Below, one piece after another: positions 1 through 9,675 of a stretch of DNA of 64,000 nucleotides. Made by a program: the position numbers and the translations under genes. The stretch covers positions 310,001 through 374,000 of the forward strand of contig JAQOWU010000003.1 of assembly GCA_030867685.1 (NCBI GenBank). Reading direction: 5' to 3'. Position 1 is the first letter of the stretch. Every line of letters begins with the position of its first letter. The notes under the pieces were generated by a model. The model worked only from the letters and a program-made list of their open reading frames with translations, made no database searches and was not told where the DNA came from. This stretch comes from Wickerhamiella versatilis. Lineage: Eukaryota.

Positions 1-1439
1 CGTTTCTCACGGATCCTATCTACCATCCAACCCGAAGTAACTGATTTCCAAAATCCCTTCTTTTTGGAATTTATCGCGGCGCCCCGATACACCACGCCTA
101 GCTCAAGTTGGCAACGCCCCCATTCAAATACCCAAAGAAGGCATTGTTCTTCTTCCACACAGGCCTGTTTGCAGGCTTCCTTGCTACTGGCCGCGTTATC
201 GCCGTTAAATACGCGACTAGTTTTTTCTTCCCAACGGCCACTCGTATGCTGCATGATGGCATTCCAATCACTGCGCTCGTCGACAACGTAGGGCATAATA
301 AAGTCTCGGTAGATATCCGCGAACGTAACATGAGATTTTGACATGGGTATAGTTTGTTCATAGTTGTATAGCAGATCAATCTCGCTGGGGTTTAAGTGGT
401 GCCAGGAGATAAGTGGCAAGCACCACCCATTGGGACCGACGGCAATGTCCCTTGTATTTGAACCTTGAAACGGCGTGTCGTAGCAAGGATAGTTACCCCA
501 GGGAACTTCGACAAGTAATTCATCGACGTACATATATAGCAACATCCCCACCAACGCATCACCTGCAATATTCGGATCAGCCAAATCCATGAACTTTTCT
601 AGCACTTCATTCATTCGGCCACGATCAGAGTGAGGATTAGCCCCAAATAAAGCAGACATTGCTCCGCGGCTGACAGCCACACCAGAGCCACCATGGGCAA
701 ACTGGATCGAAATTTCTTCGCCATGTTTGTTGTTGACATGAAATGTCCAATCAGCCGCTCGGCCAATGTAATGAGGCTCTGAGTAGTTGTAGCTTTTCAG
801 ATGCTCAAGTAGTCCCCGTTGTAGAACGTAAGAATCAGCATCGATGAAGACAAACCACTCTGTATTAGCAGGCGCGTTCAGCCAAGCATGGGCCAGCATG
901 GGCACGTTTTTATACTTGTCAAGTATCCAACCTGGGTAGTCGTTAATGTCATCCAGCTCCCAAAGCCATTTGTTCTCCATTGCTTCTCTAAGTTCAAAGT
1001 ACTTGCCAAGATGAGAACGATGTCTCTCGACCAAATCCTGGGGGAGCCACTTCAAAATGTCGATAACAGGAACACCACACACCTCTGTCTCTACATCTGC
1101 ATAAACAGCATGGTGTGGCCATCGTTTGAGAGTGCTACGTATGTGGGGGGGAAGCCGACTTTGAGTAACGGTTGCCCCTGTTTTTAACATCATGAAAATT
1201 TTATCGGCATAGGCATCCAATGGACCATCTTTGACATGTGCCTCCGGTTGATATCCCGAATAATGAAACAACGGCTCCCTTGGGGGTGTGTGCCCGGTCT
1301 CAGTGGCTTGAGAAAACACAGATAACGGGTTGGCCGAGTTAGGGCCTTTTCTGAGCATCCATCCCTGACTAGCAAGTACCAAGAAAATTGCCACTAAAAT
1401 CACCAGCCCCAGCTGTATTCTAATTTTCTTGCCAAGCAT
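1..1439 (-). CDS. GT31-family glycosyltransferase (fringe/GfsA-like), 3'-truncated by the window edge; paralog of 61377..62972
   Basis: Absent from the ORF track because there is no stop inside the window. Manual translation from ATG 1439 is open to base 1: MLGKKIRIQLGLVILVAIFLVLAS (type II anchor)...FMMLKTGAT...GWILDKYKNVPMLAHAW...WFVFIDADSY (DxD)...FAHGGSG...WCLPLISWHH...INSKKKGFWKSVTSGWMVDRIREK. Colinear with the 61377 protein. Confidence 0.9.
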   Translation of the reverse strand, partial: MLGKKIRIQLGLVILVAIFLVLASQGWMLRKGPNSANPLSVFSQATETGHTPPREPLFHYSGYQPEAHVKDGPLDAYADKIFMMLKTGATVTQSRLPPHIRSTLKRWPHHAVYADVETEVCGVPVIDILKWLPQDLVERHRSHLGKYFELREAMENKWLWELDDINDYPGWILDKYKNVPMLAHAWLNAPANTEWFVFIDADSYVLQRGLLEHLKSYNYSEPHYIGRAADWTFHVNNKHGEEISIQFAHGGSGVAVSRGAMSALFGANPHSDRGRMNEVLEKFMDLADPNIAGDALVGMLLYMYVDELLVEVPWGNYPCYDTPFQGSNTRDIAVGPNGWCLPLISWHHLNPSEIDLLYNYEQTIPMSKSHVTFADIYRDFIMPYVVDERSDWNAIMQHTSGRWEEKTSRVFNGDNAASSKEACKQACVEEEQCLLWVFEWGRCQLELGVVYRGAAINSKKKGFWKSVTSGWMVDRIREK

Positions 1440-1655
1440 TTTGACCGGGGGTGCGTGACCTAGTAGGCCTTATCTTACTTCACTGTTTAGTAAACTGACA
1501 TTTTGATACGGCACCAGCATGCTAACTACTACGTTAAATATGTACTGAATCATATTTGAACAAGATGACTGAAAGCCTAGCACATTGCGAAGAACCTGCC
1601 TTGTGATAGCTCAGACATCGGTCTAGGATAATTTTCTTTATAAATCAGAACTTTC

Positions 1656-1775
1656 AGCTACGGCCATATCCAGCAGGTAACTGGGCTTCCCGTCCGATCA
1701 GCCATACATAAGCTGCTGAGAGCCTGATTCAGTATTACGGTGGGAGACCACGTGAGAACGGCAGGTGCTGTAGTT
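1656..1775 (+). rRNA. RDN5: 5S rRNA gene, dispersed copy
   Basis: 120 nt AGCTACGGCCATATC...TTCCCGTCCGATCA...TAAGCTG...AGAGCCTGA...AGTA...GTGGGAGACCA...CAGGTGCTGTAGTT follows the yeast 5S consensus. The ends pair (AGCTAC/GTAGTT) and a T-run follows. Confidence 0.95.
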
Positions 1776-1787
1776 TTTCCTTTTTTT
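1774..1787 (+). terminator. RNA polymerase III oligo-T terminator of the 5S gene
   Basis: TTTTTCCTTTTTTT directly after the 5S 3' end. Confidence 0.8.
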
Positions 1788-1798
1788 GCTGCCTATTA

Positions 1799-2911
1799 CT
1801 ATGGAATTTCTAGGACTAACTGGCCTGGATATTTTTTGGCAATAAAGTCCTTCTGTGCCTCAACGATATTTCCCAACGGATAAACCTTGCCAATCCGCGG
1901 CTGGATCTCGCCCTTATCTATGTAAGATACCAAGTTCTCAAACACAACGTCATCCTGAAATGCGCATCCAAAAAAGTACAGGTCCTTCAGATACACAGTG
2001 CGCATATCGAGCTGGACTATGGGCCCACCGATAGCACCGGCCACTGCATACCTGCCACCCTTCTTTAAGACATCCAGCATGTGATTGAAACCACTTCCCG
2101 CGACAACATCCAGAATCACATCGACTGATTCGTGGCCCACGGCCTTGACGATGTCCATGCCTCGCTCAACAACGTCATCCGCGCCGAGCTGCTGCACTTC
2201 CTGGAATTTTGGCCGGGCAGATATTGCGGTCACGGTTGCGCCTCTACGTTTCACTAGCTGGATGGCAGCTGTGCCAACTCCTCCAGATGCCCCAGTTATC
2301 AGCACATGTTCCCCTTTCTTGACACCTGCCCTATGGATCATACCCTCTGCCGTGGAATACGAACAGGGCACTGAGGCGAGTTCCACGCATGACAGGGGGG
2401 AGATAACCTTGAACACATCACTGGAGGGCGCTTTGGTATACTGGGCAAATGCCCCATCGCATTCCGAGCCATAAGTCCAACATTCGTAGGGTCGAAAGTC
2501 CACGCACGAGCGAAGCATCGTACGAACAAGCACCATTTCGCCAATACGTGACGAATTGACGCTGGTACCGACGGCCACGATGATACCACAACAATCTGCA
2601 CCCTGAATGCGTGGGAATTTCAGGGGCTCCCCCGACCATGTGGCGTCCTCGTCATTTATTGTGTTAAACCCCTCAGACCCTTTGTTGGTGCCATCAGTGA
2701 CTTTCTTTGAGTACCAGCCTATTCTGGTGTTTATGTCCGTGTTGTTAATGCCTGCAGCTGACACGCGAATGAGGACCTCATTCGGGCTGGGCTCAGGCAC
2801 GGGGATGTCATGGCGGTACTGGAGCTTATCGTATCCACCGTGGCCAGTGAGGTATACACCTGTCATTTTATTTGGAAGCGGGCTGGTGCCACCAAGTGAT
2901 TTTAATTCCAT
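1799..2911 (-). CDS. Medium-chain dehydrogenase/reductase (alcohol dehydrogenase/quinone reductase-like, MDR9-type), bacterial-like
   Basis: 370 aa; LTGHGG start, AAGINNTDINTRIGWYS, FPRIQGAD, GSECDGAFAQY, ITGASGGVG Rossmann motif, YLKDL. Confidence 0.85.
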   Translation of the reverse strand: MELKSLGGTSPLPNKMTGVYLTGHGGYDKLQYRHDIPVPEPSPNEVLIRVSAAGINNTDINTRIGWYSKKVTDGTNKGSEGFNTINDEDATWSGEPLKFPRIQGADCCGIIVAVGTSVNSSRIGEMVLVRTMLRSCVDFRPYECWTYGSECDGAFAQYTKAPSSDVFKVISPLSCVELASVPCSYSTAEGMIHRAGVKKGEHVLITGASGGVGTAAIQLVKRRGATVTAISARPKFQEVQQLGADDVVERGMDIVKAVGHESVDVILDVVAGSGFNHMLDVLKKGGRYAVAGAIGGPIVQLDMRTVYLKDLYFFGCAFQDDVVFENLVSYIDKGEIQPRIGKVYPLGNIVEAQKDFIAKKYPGQLVLEIP

Positions 2912-3116
2912 TAGAACCTCAGGTGATATGCTATCAAGGAGTTATTATACTGTGCACTGACTAATTTATCGCTTATCGATAGATGATTGTTCTCGGTTAT
3001 CGTTATTAGCCTGGAATTCACCGGCTAGGCAGCCTGATATACAGCCTGTGAAGTGCCAGGAAAACCAGAAAGCTCGGGCTTAATACCTTACTGATGTGAG
3101 TTCCCAACAGACCCGA

Positions 3117-3671
3117 TTAAGGCAGGTCACGGTTGGCATCAATTTCCTGATCGCCATCATGATAAGGCTCGTCGACGTTTGTAGCTTCAAGTGGATTGTT
3201 CCTCACCTCCTGAACCTTCAAGTAGACATATGTGGCTGCCGCCAGAATGTAGGGACCAAAGAAAAGGAAGAAAAGAAACCAGTAGCGAAAGTTATCGGCT
3301 TGCATAGGCAGCAGAATGACAAAAACAATGGCTTCCATGATCTCTGAGAGAAGAACAAGTGAGAACATTGTATTTTCAATGTTAGCTAGTCTGGGATCCC
3401 TTAAGATGTCTGCGTACCCAAGTGTGAACACTGCCAATTGGATAAAAATAATGATAGCTACTCCAAAGGCCCAGCCTTGGCCATGTCTCCATTCATATCT
3501 TCTTATCCCGACACCGAGGGAGAACAGGAGGAAGAAAAGCCCAGCCAAACCGTGAGTCGCATAGACCGTACGGACAGCTATTCGCTCCAGGTACGACATC
3601 CTTGCTCGATTCTTGTAAACTCTCTCCTTTGCATAGATCACGAGAGGCCACAATGTCTCCACAGATGGCAT
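3117..3671 (-). CDS. Hypothetical membrane protein (about 4 TM)
   Basis: 184 aa ATG ORF with four hydrophobic segments and an acidic tail; no family recognised. Confidence 0.6.
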   Translation of the reverse strand: MPSVETLWPLVIYAKERVYKNRARMSYLERIAVRTVYATHGLAGLFFLLFSLGVGIRRYEWRHGQGWAFGVAIIIFIQLAVFTLGYADILRDPRLANIENTMFSLVLLSEIMEAIVFVILLPMQADNFRYWFLFFLFFGPYILAAATYVYLKVQEVRNNPLEATNVDEPYHDGDQEIDANRDLP

Positions 3672-3768
3672 TGCTGAATGCGATGCAGTGTATGGCTATG
3701 ACTAAATGCACATGACGTCACGATTTCGAATAATTTGATAGGACTGATACGGATTAATCTAGATGCTA

Positions 3769-4548
3769 TTACTTAGTGGTGAATCCACCATTCAACAAGA
3801 TTGTCTGGCCTGTCATCCACCACCCATCAGAAATGAGGGTATGCACAAATGGAACGACGTCCTTCGCATCAGTGAGGCCCACCCCATTGTTGAATGACGA
3901 CAGTGCAGCGGCAGACTTGAGGTATGCCACAGACTCGGGCGTCTCCTGGCCATAGAAAAAGGGCGTGTCCATAGGACCCGGTCCAATGGCATTGACAGAG
4001 ATGCCTCGAGACCCATACTCCTGGGATGCTGCCCGGGTGAAATGCTCAACTGCTGCCTTGGATCCGGCATACGTCGAGTAGAATGGAGTGTATGCACCCA
4101 GGAGCGAGGTCACAATGTTCAAGATCTTGCCGTTGTCATTGACATATTTGCCGGCCTCCTTGACGAAGAAGAATGCCACCTTGGTGTTCACGGCGAACAT
4201 TTCGTCGTACTCCTCCTCGTCAATTTCGAGAATCGGCTTCTTTAGCACCTTGCCAACCGTATTAATTGCGATATCTGGCTTGCCAATGGCCCGCACCGTG
4301 TCCTTGAATAGACCTTCAACGGCCTTTGCGGTGGTCAAATCAGCCTGGATTGCCACAACCTTGCTGACGCCAGCACTTTCTAGCTCTGTGACAAGCTTAT
4401 CCGCAGACTCCTTGGTGGCCGCAGAATTGTAGTGAATGGCAATGGCCCTAGCCCCTGATGTAGCAACATCGCGGGCAATGAGAGCACCCAGGTTCTTGGC
4501 ACCCCCAGTAATTAGTACAGTTTTGTCCTTAATAGTGTGAGAAACCAT
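3769..4548 (-). CDS. Short-chain dehydrogenase/reductase, bacterial PRK12744-like
   Basis: 259 aa; TGGAKNLG, AIHYNS, PDIAINTVGKVLKKP, YAGSK catalytic YxxxK, GPGPMDTPFFY, GWWMTGQTILLNGGFTTK C-terminus. Confidence 0.9.
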   Translation of the reverse strand: MVSHTIKDKTVLITGGAKNLGALIARDVATSGARAIAIHYNSAATKESADKLVTELESAGVSKVVAIQADLTTAKAVEGLFKDTVRAIGKPDIAINTVGKVLKKPILEIDEEEYDEMFAVNTKVAFFFVKEAGKYVNDNGKILNIVTSLLGAYTPFYSTYAGSKAAVEHFTRAASQEYGSRGISVNAIGPGPMDTPFFYGQETPESVAYLKSAAALSSFNNGVGLTDAKDVVPFVHTLISDGWWMTGQTILLNGGFTTK

Positions 4549-4602
4549 GGTAAAACTTAAAGATCAACGAGGTCCCGGTGCACTCTTATATATTTATGCA
4601 GG

Positions 4603-4614
4603 CGGAGCGAGCCG
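4603..4614. promoter_or_regulatory. CGG-N6-CCG candidate Zn2Cys6 binding site in the SDR/TF divergent promoter
   Basis: CGGAGCGAGCCG, about 10 nt upstream of the SDR TATA element (TATATAAG on the minus strand, 4585-4592). Confidence 0.35.
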
Positions 4615-4963
4615 CCCGCGATTTCACCTTATTCATATAGATGTAAGCGTTTTTGCTGCTGCGATTTAGGACCATTTCTTGGATAAAATGCAGTATAAAT
4701 TGGTTTAATGGTGTTTCTGTTGTCATATATCCTTGTAAATGAGTTTTTATATCCGCCAATAAATCTGATCTTTCGAAACATCAATGGATATTCATGACAT
4801 AAAAACGCCCCGAACAAGCACATTCAAGCATTTCCAGAAGACTTAAGACAATGAGATTTGTGTTAAAATAGCACAGAAATACTTATCAGCTTGCCTGCCA
4901 TGAGCTCGGCTGTGATATCGAATGATTAACTAATAAACCTATTTAGTCGACGTTGGGCATGGA

Positions 4964-6640
4964 ATGAGCGATGAGCCGGCTAACAAACGGTATCGAAGCT
5001 CTCGCTACCTCACCCTGTCTTGTGAACGCTGCTTTACCATCAAGAAGAAATGTGACCGAGAAGTTCCCTGTGGAAGATGCGTCAAGGCCCACAAGGAATG
5101 CAGGTACACATACCCCGGGACCCAGGCAGTCCAAAATAGCTCTTCTGACCCATTGCATACCCCTTCATACTTATTGCAGAAACTGAACATGTCCGTACGC
5201 CTAGCTGTACAAAACTTTGATCAGGGCGAGGATCCCAGCGCCGTGTTACAGCGTCTGAAAAAAAGCTACTCAGGCATCGGTTCTGATCACCAGGCCCACG
5301 GGTACCAGGCCACACCACTAAAGAACCTTCCTGAGAGGAGTGAGGCTGCTCAGTTTGCCCGAAGCTATTTTGAGAATCAGTATGTATGGACGCCATTTCT
5401 CGACATTAGGGCCTGGTTCCAGGCTTTTGATACCGCATACGAGCCAGAAACCACTCTAACTACCCATGAAGCATTCCAGGTGTATATGGTACTGGCCATA
5501 GGTGCCCTTGTCCGTCCAACCAACTCGAATTCGGACTCAGACCCCCATGCTGATTGGTACAGGACGGCAATGGCTTTGGCATTGGGTGCCAAGGGAGCAT
5601 CCCCTCAGCAGCACGAAGCAATTGAGCGAGTAATACTGCAAGTTTCCTATGGCATTTTAAGTCCCCACAGTAGTCTATCTGACATGTGGACCATGGTGAA
5701 TACCGCGTTATGCCAAACTATGTCCTTGGGATACCACACCAAACATCACCCCAGTGTTGATCCTCATACTGCTGAATTGCACAAAAGAACTTTTTGGAGC
5801 CTCTACAATCTTGATCGATTGCTGTGCATGACCCTGGGCTTGCCCGCAAACGTGCAGGATGAGTACGTTGATGCGGAAATGCCCGAGGCTACTGAATATT
5901 TAGCAGACTATCCAGCAAGCAGCTGGCTTCCTGCCGTGGATCACATACCTTCCATCATTCGATTGAGTTATACCATGGGCTACATCAGTAGATGTGTGAA
6001 CACTCATGGAACGGACCTGATGGGTAATGTGAAACCCCCGCAGCTCACAGACCTCCTGATTATTGCCAATGAGTGGTTTGACAGCCTGAAGTCCCTGTCG
6101 AATCCCCCTTCCCCACTGCTTCAGCAGTTCGAGCTATATTATCACAACCTCATTGCGCTCAGCCTGCGACCCTCGCCATCCCATCCGGCAACACCGTCGG
6201 AACTTTTGGGATGGCTCCTCCATAGCGTGCACAAGAAAATCTCTATTTGCCATGATCTGCTGGTGAATGGCAAGGTGAGCTGGAATTGGGTATTCCTCTA
6301 CGGGACCATGCGAGCTGCGGTCGTGCTGCTATACATCCGCTTCAACAGCTCAATTGACACAAACATGGCTCTGTATCTTAACCTTATTTATGAGACGTTT
6401 GCAGCCTTTCCGGCCGACTGGCGAGTTGCTCACAACGCTGGTCGATGCATTGAGAAAATAACCGAGGAATTTGCGGCTGGCGACTGGTCCACGGCGGGGC
6501 AGGAAATTCTGGCGTTCCTAAGGGAATCACATGGCTCAGGAAGTGTCTACAACTCCGGACCTGATCTTCTTGGCAACTACGAAATGGTGACCAGTCTGCT
6601 GGCAGATTGGTTTGACCTTGTGAATGGTCTAGGTATTTAG
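4964..6640 (+). CDS. Zn(II)2Cys6 transcription factor with fungal MHR domain
   Basis: CERCFTIKKKCDREVPCGRCVKAHKEC binuclear cluster; MHR motif RTFWSLYNLDRLLCMTLGLP. Confidence 0.92.
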   Translation: MSDEPANKRYRSSRYLTLSCERCFTIKKKCDREVPCGRCVKAHKECRYTYPGTQAVQNSSSDPLHTPSYLLQKLNMSVRLAVQNFDQGEDPSAVLQRLKKSYSGIGSDHQAHGYQATPLKNLPERSEAAQFARSYFENQYVWTPFLDIRAWFQAFDTAYEPETTLTTHEAFQVYMVLAIGALVRPTNSNSDSDPHADWYRTAMALALGAKGASPQQHEAIERVILQVSYGILSPHSSLSDMWTMVNTALCQTMSLGYHTKHHPSVDPHTAELHKRTFWSLYNLDRLLCMTLGLPANVQDEYVDAEMPEATEYLADYPASSWLPAVDHIPSIIRLSYTMGYISRCVNTHGTDLMGNVKPPQLTDLLIIANEWFDSLKSLSNPPSPLLQQFELYYHNLIALSLRPSPSHPATPSELLGWLLHSVHKKISICHDLLVNGKVSWNWVFLYGTMRAAVVLLYIRFNSSIDTNMALYLNLIYETFAAFPADWRVAHNAGRCIEKITEEFAAGDWSTAGQEILAFLRESHGSGSVYNSGPDLLGNYEMVTSLLADWFDLVNGLGI

Positions 6641-7002
6641 ATAGATGATACAGTGCAACTAGCTGGTCCACCTGTTCATCAATGCCTAGTTCTTCAAATC
6701 TCTGTGCATGTTATTCCTACTTTATTCTCAGTGGATAACCATAACTAAATGATATATATCGCCGGTGCGATATCTTCTGTGGCAGAAATCGACATATGAG
6801 CAGATCATCGCATCGCTAGAAGTAGAAGAATTCACGATTGCTGCAACAAAATTTAGCGTATTCCCATTTTTAAAATACATTAATCATGTAGGCTAATGCC
6901 ATATAGCTTTGCATGCAGCCTACTCTCTGGAACATATATCTAGCATCTGCTCTATATGAAACAACGCCATGAAACCTCGCTGCATGGACGGTTTGCCTGG
7001 GC

Positions 7003-8238
7003 TCATGCAGGCAGCTGAGAACAGATAATCTCCAGCAAAGCCTTTCCTTCACCATTCTTGCCTGGCACGTTCACTATTTCGGCATGGGCATCCTTTTTCT
7101 CGAACCTGACTGCATATTTCTGCCATGGTAGCGTGTTCAGTGCTCTTAATTGCGCCTTTTTGACTTTTGACAGCGCAACAATCTTCGATGAGTAGGCTTC
7201 GGTTACAGGCTGGACAAGCGGTGAATTAGGATCGCCAGCAACAGTACTAGTAGTAACATTACTTTCGCCATTCTTGGTGGGTTCATCATTGCTCACCTCA
7301 GGTGCCGTAAGGCGCCGTGAAGAGAATAACGTATGCAATCGATCTATAGCCCGCTGATTATGGTAGCGGCCAAACGTCTTGTACCAGGCTTCCACCACGT
7401 ACCCCTTTATTGTAAGACCCACCACGGCACAGAGAGTGCACAGCTCGAGTAGAAGCGCAATGGGAACCGCTGGGATCGAAAATAGAGTTAGCACGATATA
7501 GCCCATGGGAGTTCTCTCAAAAGAAGCATGAAGTGGCCAAAGCGATAGGTTTAAGGGACGAGGTTCGGGGCTCTTTTCCACACTACCCGAATTGGTTAGC
7601 TCCTTTGTGCTATCTGGAGTATTGCAGAACGTCACCCCAGGCGGACATTCGAACGAATCCTCGTCCGTTATAAATGACGTCCAAAACGGCACTGCAGCAT
7701 CATTAACAGTATTAGAGATGAGATAAAGTTTGAATCTGCCCAATCCGCGCATTGCAGGTCCCGATAGATCTGCCAATCCCACCAGTAAGCCTTTCCTTCC
7801 ATCGGAGATCAGGTCGCGCCCTGTAGGGCCAAGAAGCGTTGATACTCCACAATTGAACATTTTTGACATAAAATCTACGTTCCAAGCCCTTGAACCAAGA
7901 TGAGGCGTGGCAAATGTGGCAAGAAAGCCCGCTTGGATACCAGTAGTCCCCCAGAAATCGGAATCCTCCAGGATTCCTACTAAATAGCGGGAAATTAGTC
8001 CACCAAGAGAGTAGCCAATGATCGAGAGCTTGCTCACCCCTTCCAGCTGTTCTATCAAATCACGATAAACCCGCCATGCATTCACAGAAATGCCATCAAA
8101 TGTAAGCACGCCTCTGATAGACTCGATTATGATGGTTTTAAACTTTCCGGTCGCTTCAAGAGTATCTCTTAAGGACCTCATATCATTCTTGTTTCCTAAG
8201 AGGCCATGGATTAGCACAACCAGGTGCAAGGAAGCCAT
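7003..8238 (-). CDS. DUF676 putative serine lipase (Rog1/Lpl1-like)
   Basis: HLVVLIHGLLG, GYSLGGLISRY (GxSxG), TFATPHLG, NDAAVPFWTS, AHAEIV. First ATG is at 8238; the track start is non-ATG. Confidence 0.85.
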   Translation of the reverse strand: MASLHLVVLIHGLLGNKNDMRSLRDTLEATGKFKTIIIESIRGVLTFDGISVNAWRVYRDLIEQLEGVSKLSIIGYSLGGLISRYLVGILEDSDFWGTTGIQAGFLATFATPHLGSRAWNVDFMSKMFNCGVSTLLGPTGRDLISDGRKGLLVGLADLSGPAMRGLGRFKLYLISNTVNDAAVPFWTSFITDEDSFECPPGVTFCNTPDSTKELTNSGSVEKSPEPRPLNLSLWPLHASFERTPMGYIVLTLFSIPAVPIALLLELCTLCAVVGLTIKGYVVEAWYKTFGRYHNQRAIDRLHTLFSSRRLTAPEVSNDEPTKNGESNVTTSTVAGDPNSPLVQPVTEAYSSKIVALSKVKKAQLRALNTLPWQKYAVRFEKKDAHAEIVNVPGKNGEGKALLEIICSQLPA

Positions 8239-9675
8239 CCTGTCGCGCCTTGCAGCACGAACCAAACAAGGGTTGGTTGGTTTGTGATGACTTACGCGAT
8301 ATGCAGATTAATGTTAATAACGGTCTCACCGGCATCTGAGATCACTAGACGTGGAATAAGCTTCCGTTTAACTCAAAGCCCTCACTCTACATGCTGCATA
8401 CACAAGAAGTATGTCTGATCTGCAATTCAGCATGTTTTGGGCTATTCCGCTTAGACCCACAATCTTTCACTACTAGACGCAGCCTGAGTGTATCGGATAA
8501 ATGTACTGTATGGAGTGGTATTCTGAAGTTGAATACTATTCCATCTACCAGAGTTTAATACGCGACTAAAGCCATTGATTCCTAGGAGAACTTTTTGATC
8601 TACATCTCCTTTATGCCGCATTACTCAATATGGTAGCGTTTCAGCATATAACCCAAATAAAAATAAACGAATATTAACGATGTCCACTACTGCAGATCTC
8701 ACATTACCTGTCATCATTTGGTCTTGATGCCTACTTCCTGAATCTTTACAGATTGTGGGACTATCACCTGGATGGTGATATGCTATAGGAAATGGTGAAA
8801 GAATTGGCCGACGAGGTTTCTGGTATGCTAACGCTCGGAGAATCCTAATTGATCCCCAAATGAATTTTATTCCCATGAATCAGGCCGAACGTATATCATC
8901 GTAGAGACGAGCATACTGATATGTTGTGATCTCATTCAGACACCTTAGCTAGCTAGCATCTTTAGATTAATTGGTACTCAGAAGATCGCTTTCAGTGCAT
9001 ACTAGCCTGTTGAGGACAGGATAAGAATGATTCCAGCTATCACCTTCGCGCATGACATTTTTACTGAGAACCGTGAATCTCGTGCTGAAAGACAGGAAAT
9101 CGAGAAATCCCGGTTACTGTATCGTGGTAATATGATCGACACCTAGTATAATTGTGCACATGTGTTTTTCTATCAATCACACGTACTGCATGTGCATATA
9201 TGTATACGCCTATGAGTGTGTGTAAAACAAGCTGATAGTGCTATAGCAAAATATTCCAATGCACCAGCGCTATTGTAACACGCCAGCTATCCCTATATCA
9301 GTCAATCCATTTAAATACGTGCTTAAATCAGGCAAGAGCCAGCGTAGCCTGATGAAAATCGTAGCTAATTAGCCAGCCCTTACCACCCGCACTCTTCCGT
9401 ACCCCTAACCTTGATGGTATCAAGCATCCGAGTGAAACTTGGCCCTGACTTGTAGTTTGATGCCTTTTCCACACCAATATAGCCTCAATTAAGAGGTTTT
9501 CTTATAAACCCGTCGAAAAAAACGCGTGAATATCTACATGAACACCTTGAAATTCTTAATCTCAATACACGTGTGAAAGACGGTATGTAGGGTTTGGTTT
9601 ATAAACAGATAGAAATTCCAACATTTAGGCAAGAAGCTATCCGATTAACTTATTGTTTATCCTAGGCATCTGCAG

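Noticed and set aside
1-1439. Apparent pseudogene, since the track shows only short ORFs here
   Set aside because: Manual translation of the minus strand is open from ATG 1439 to base 1; the ORF is missing from the track only because its stop lies outside the window.
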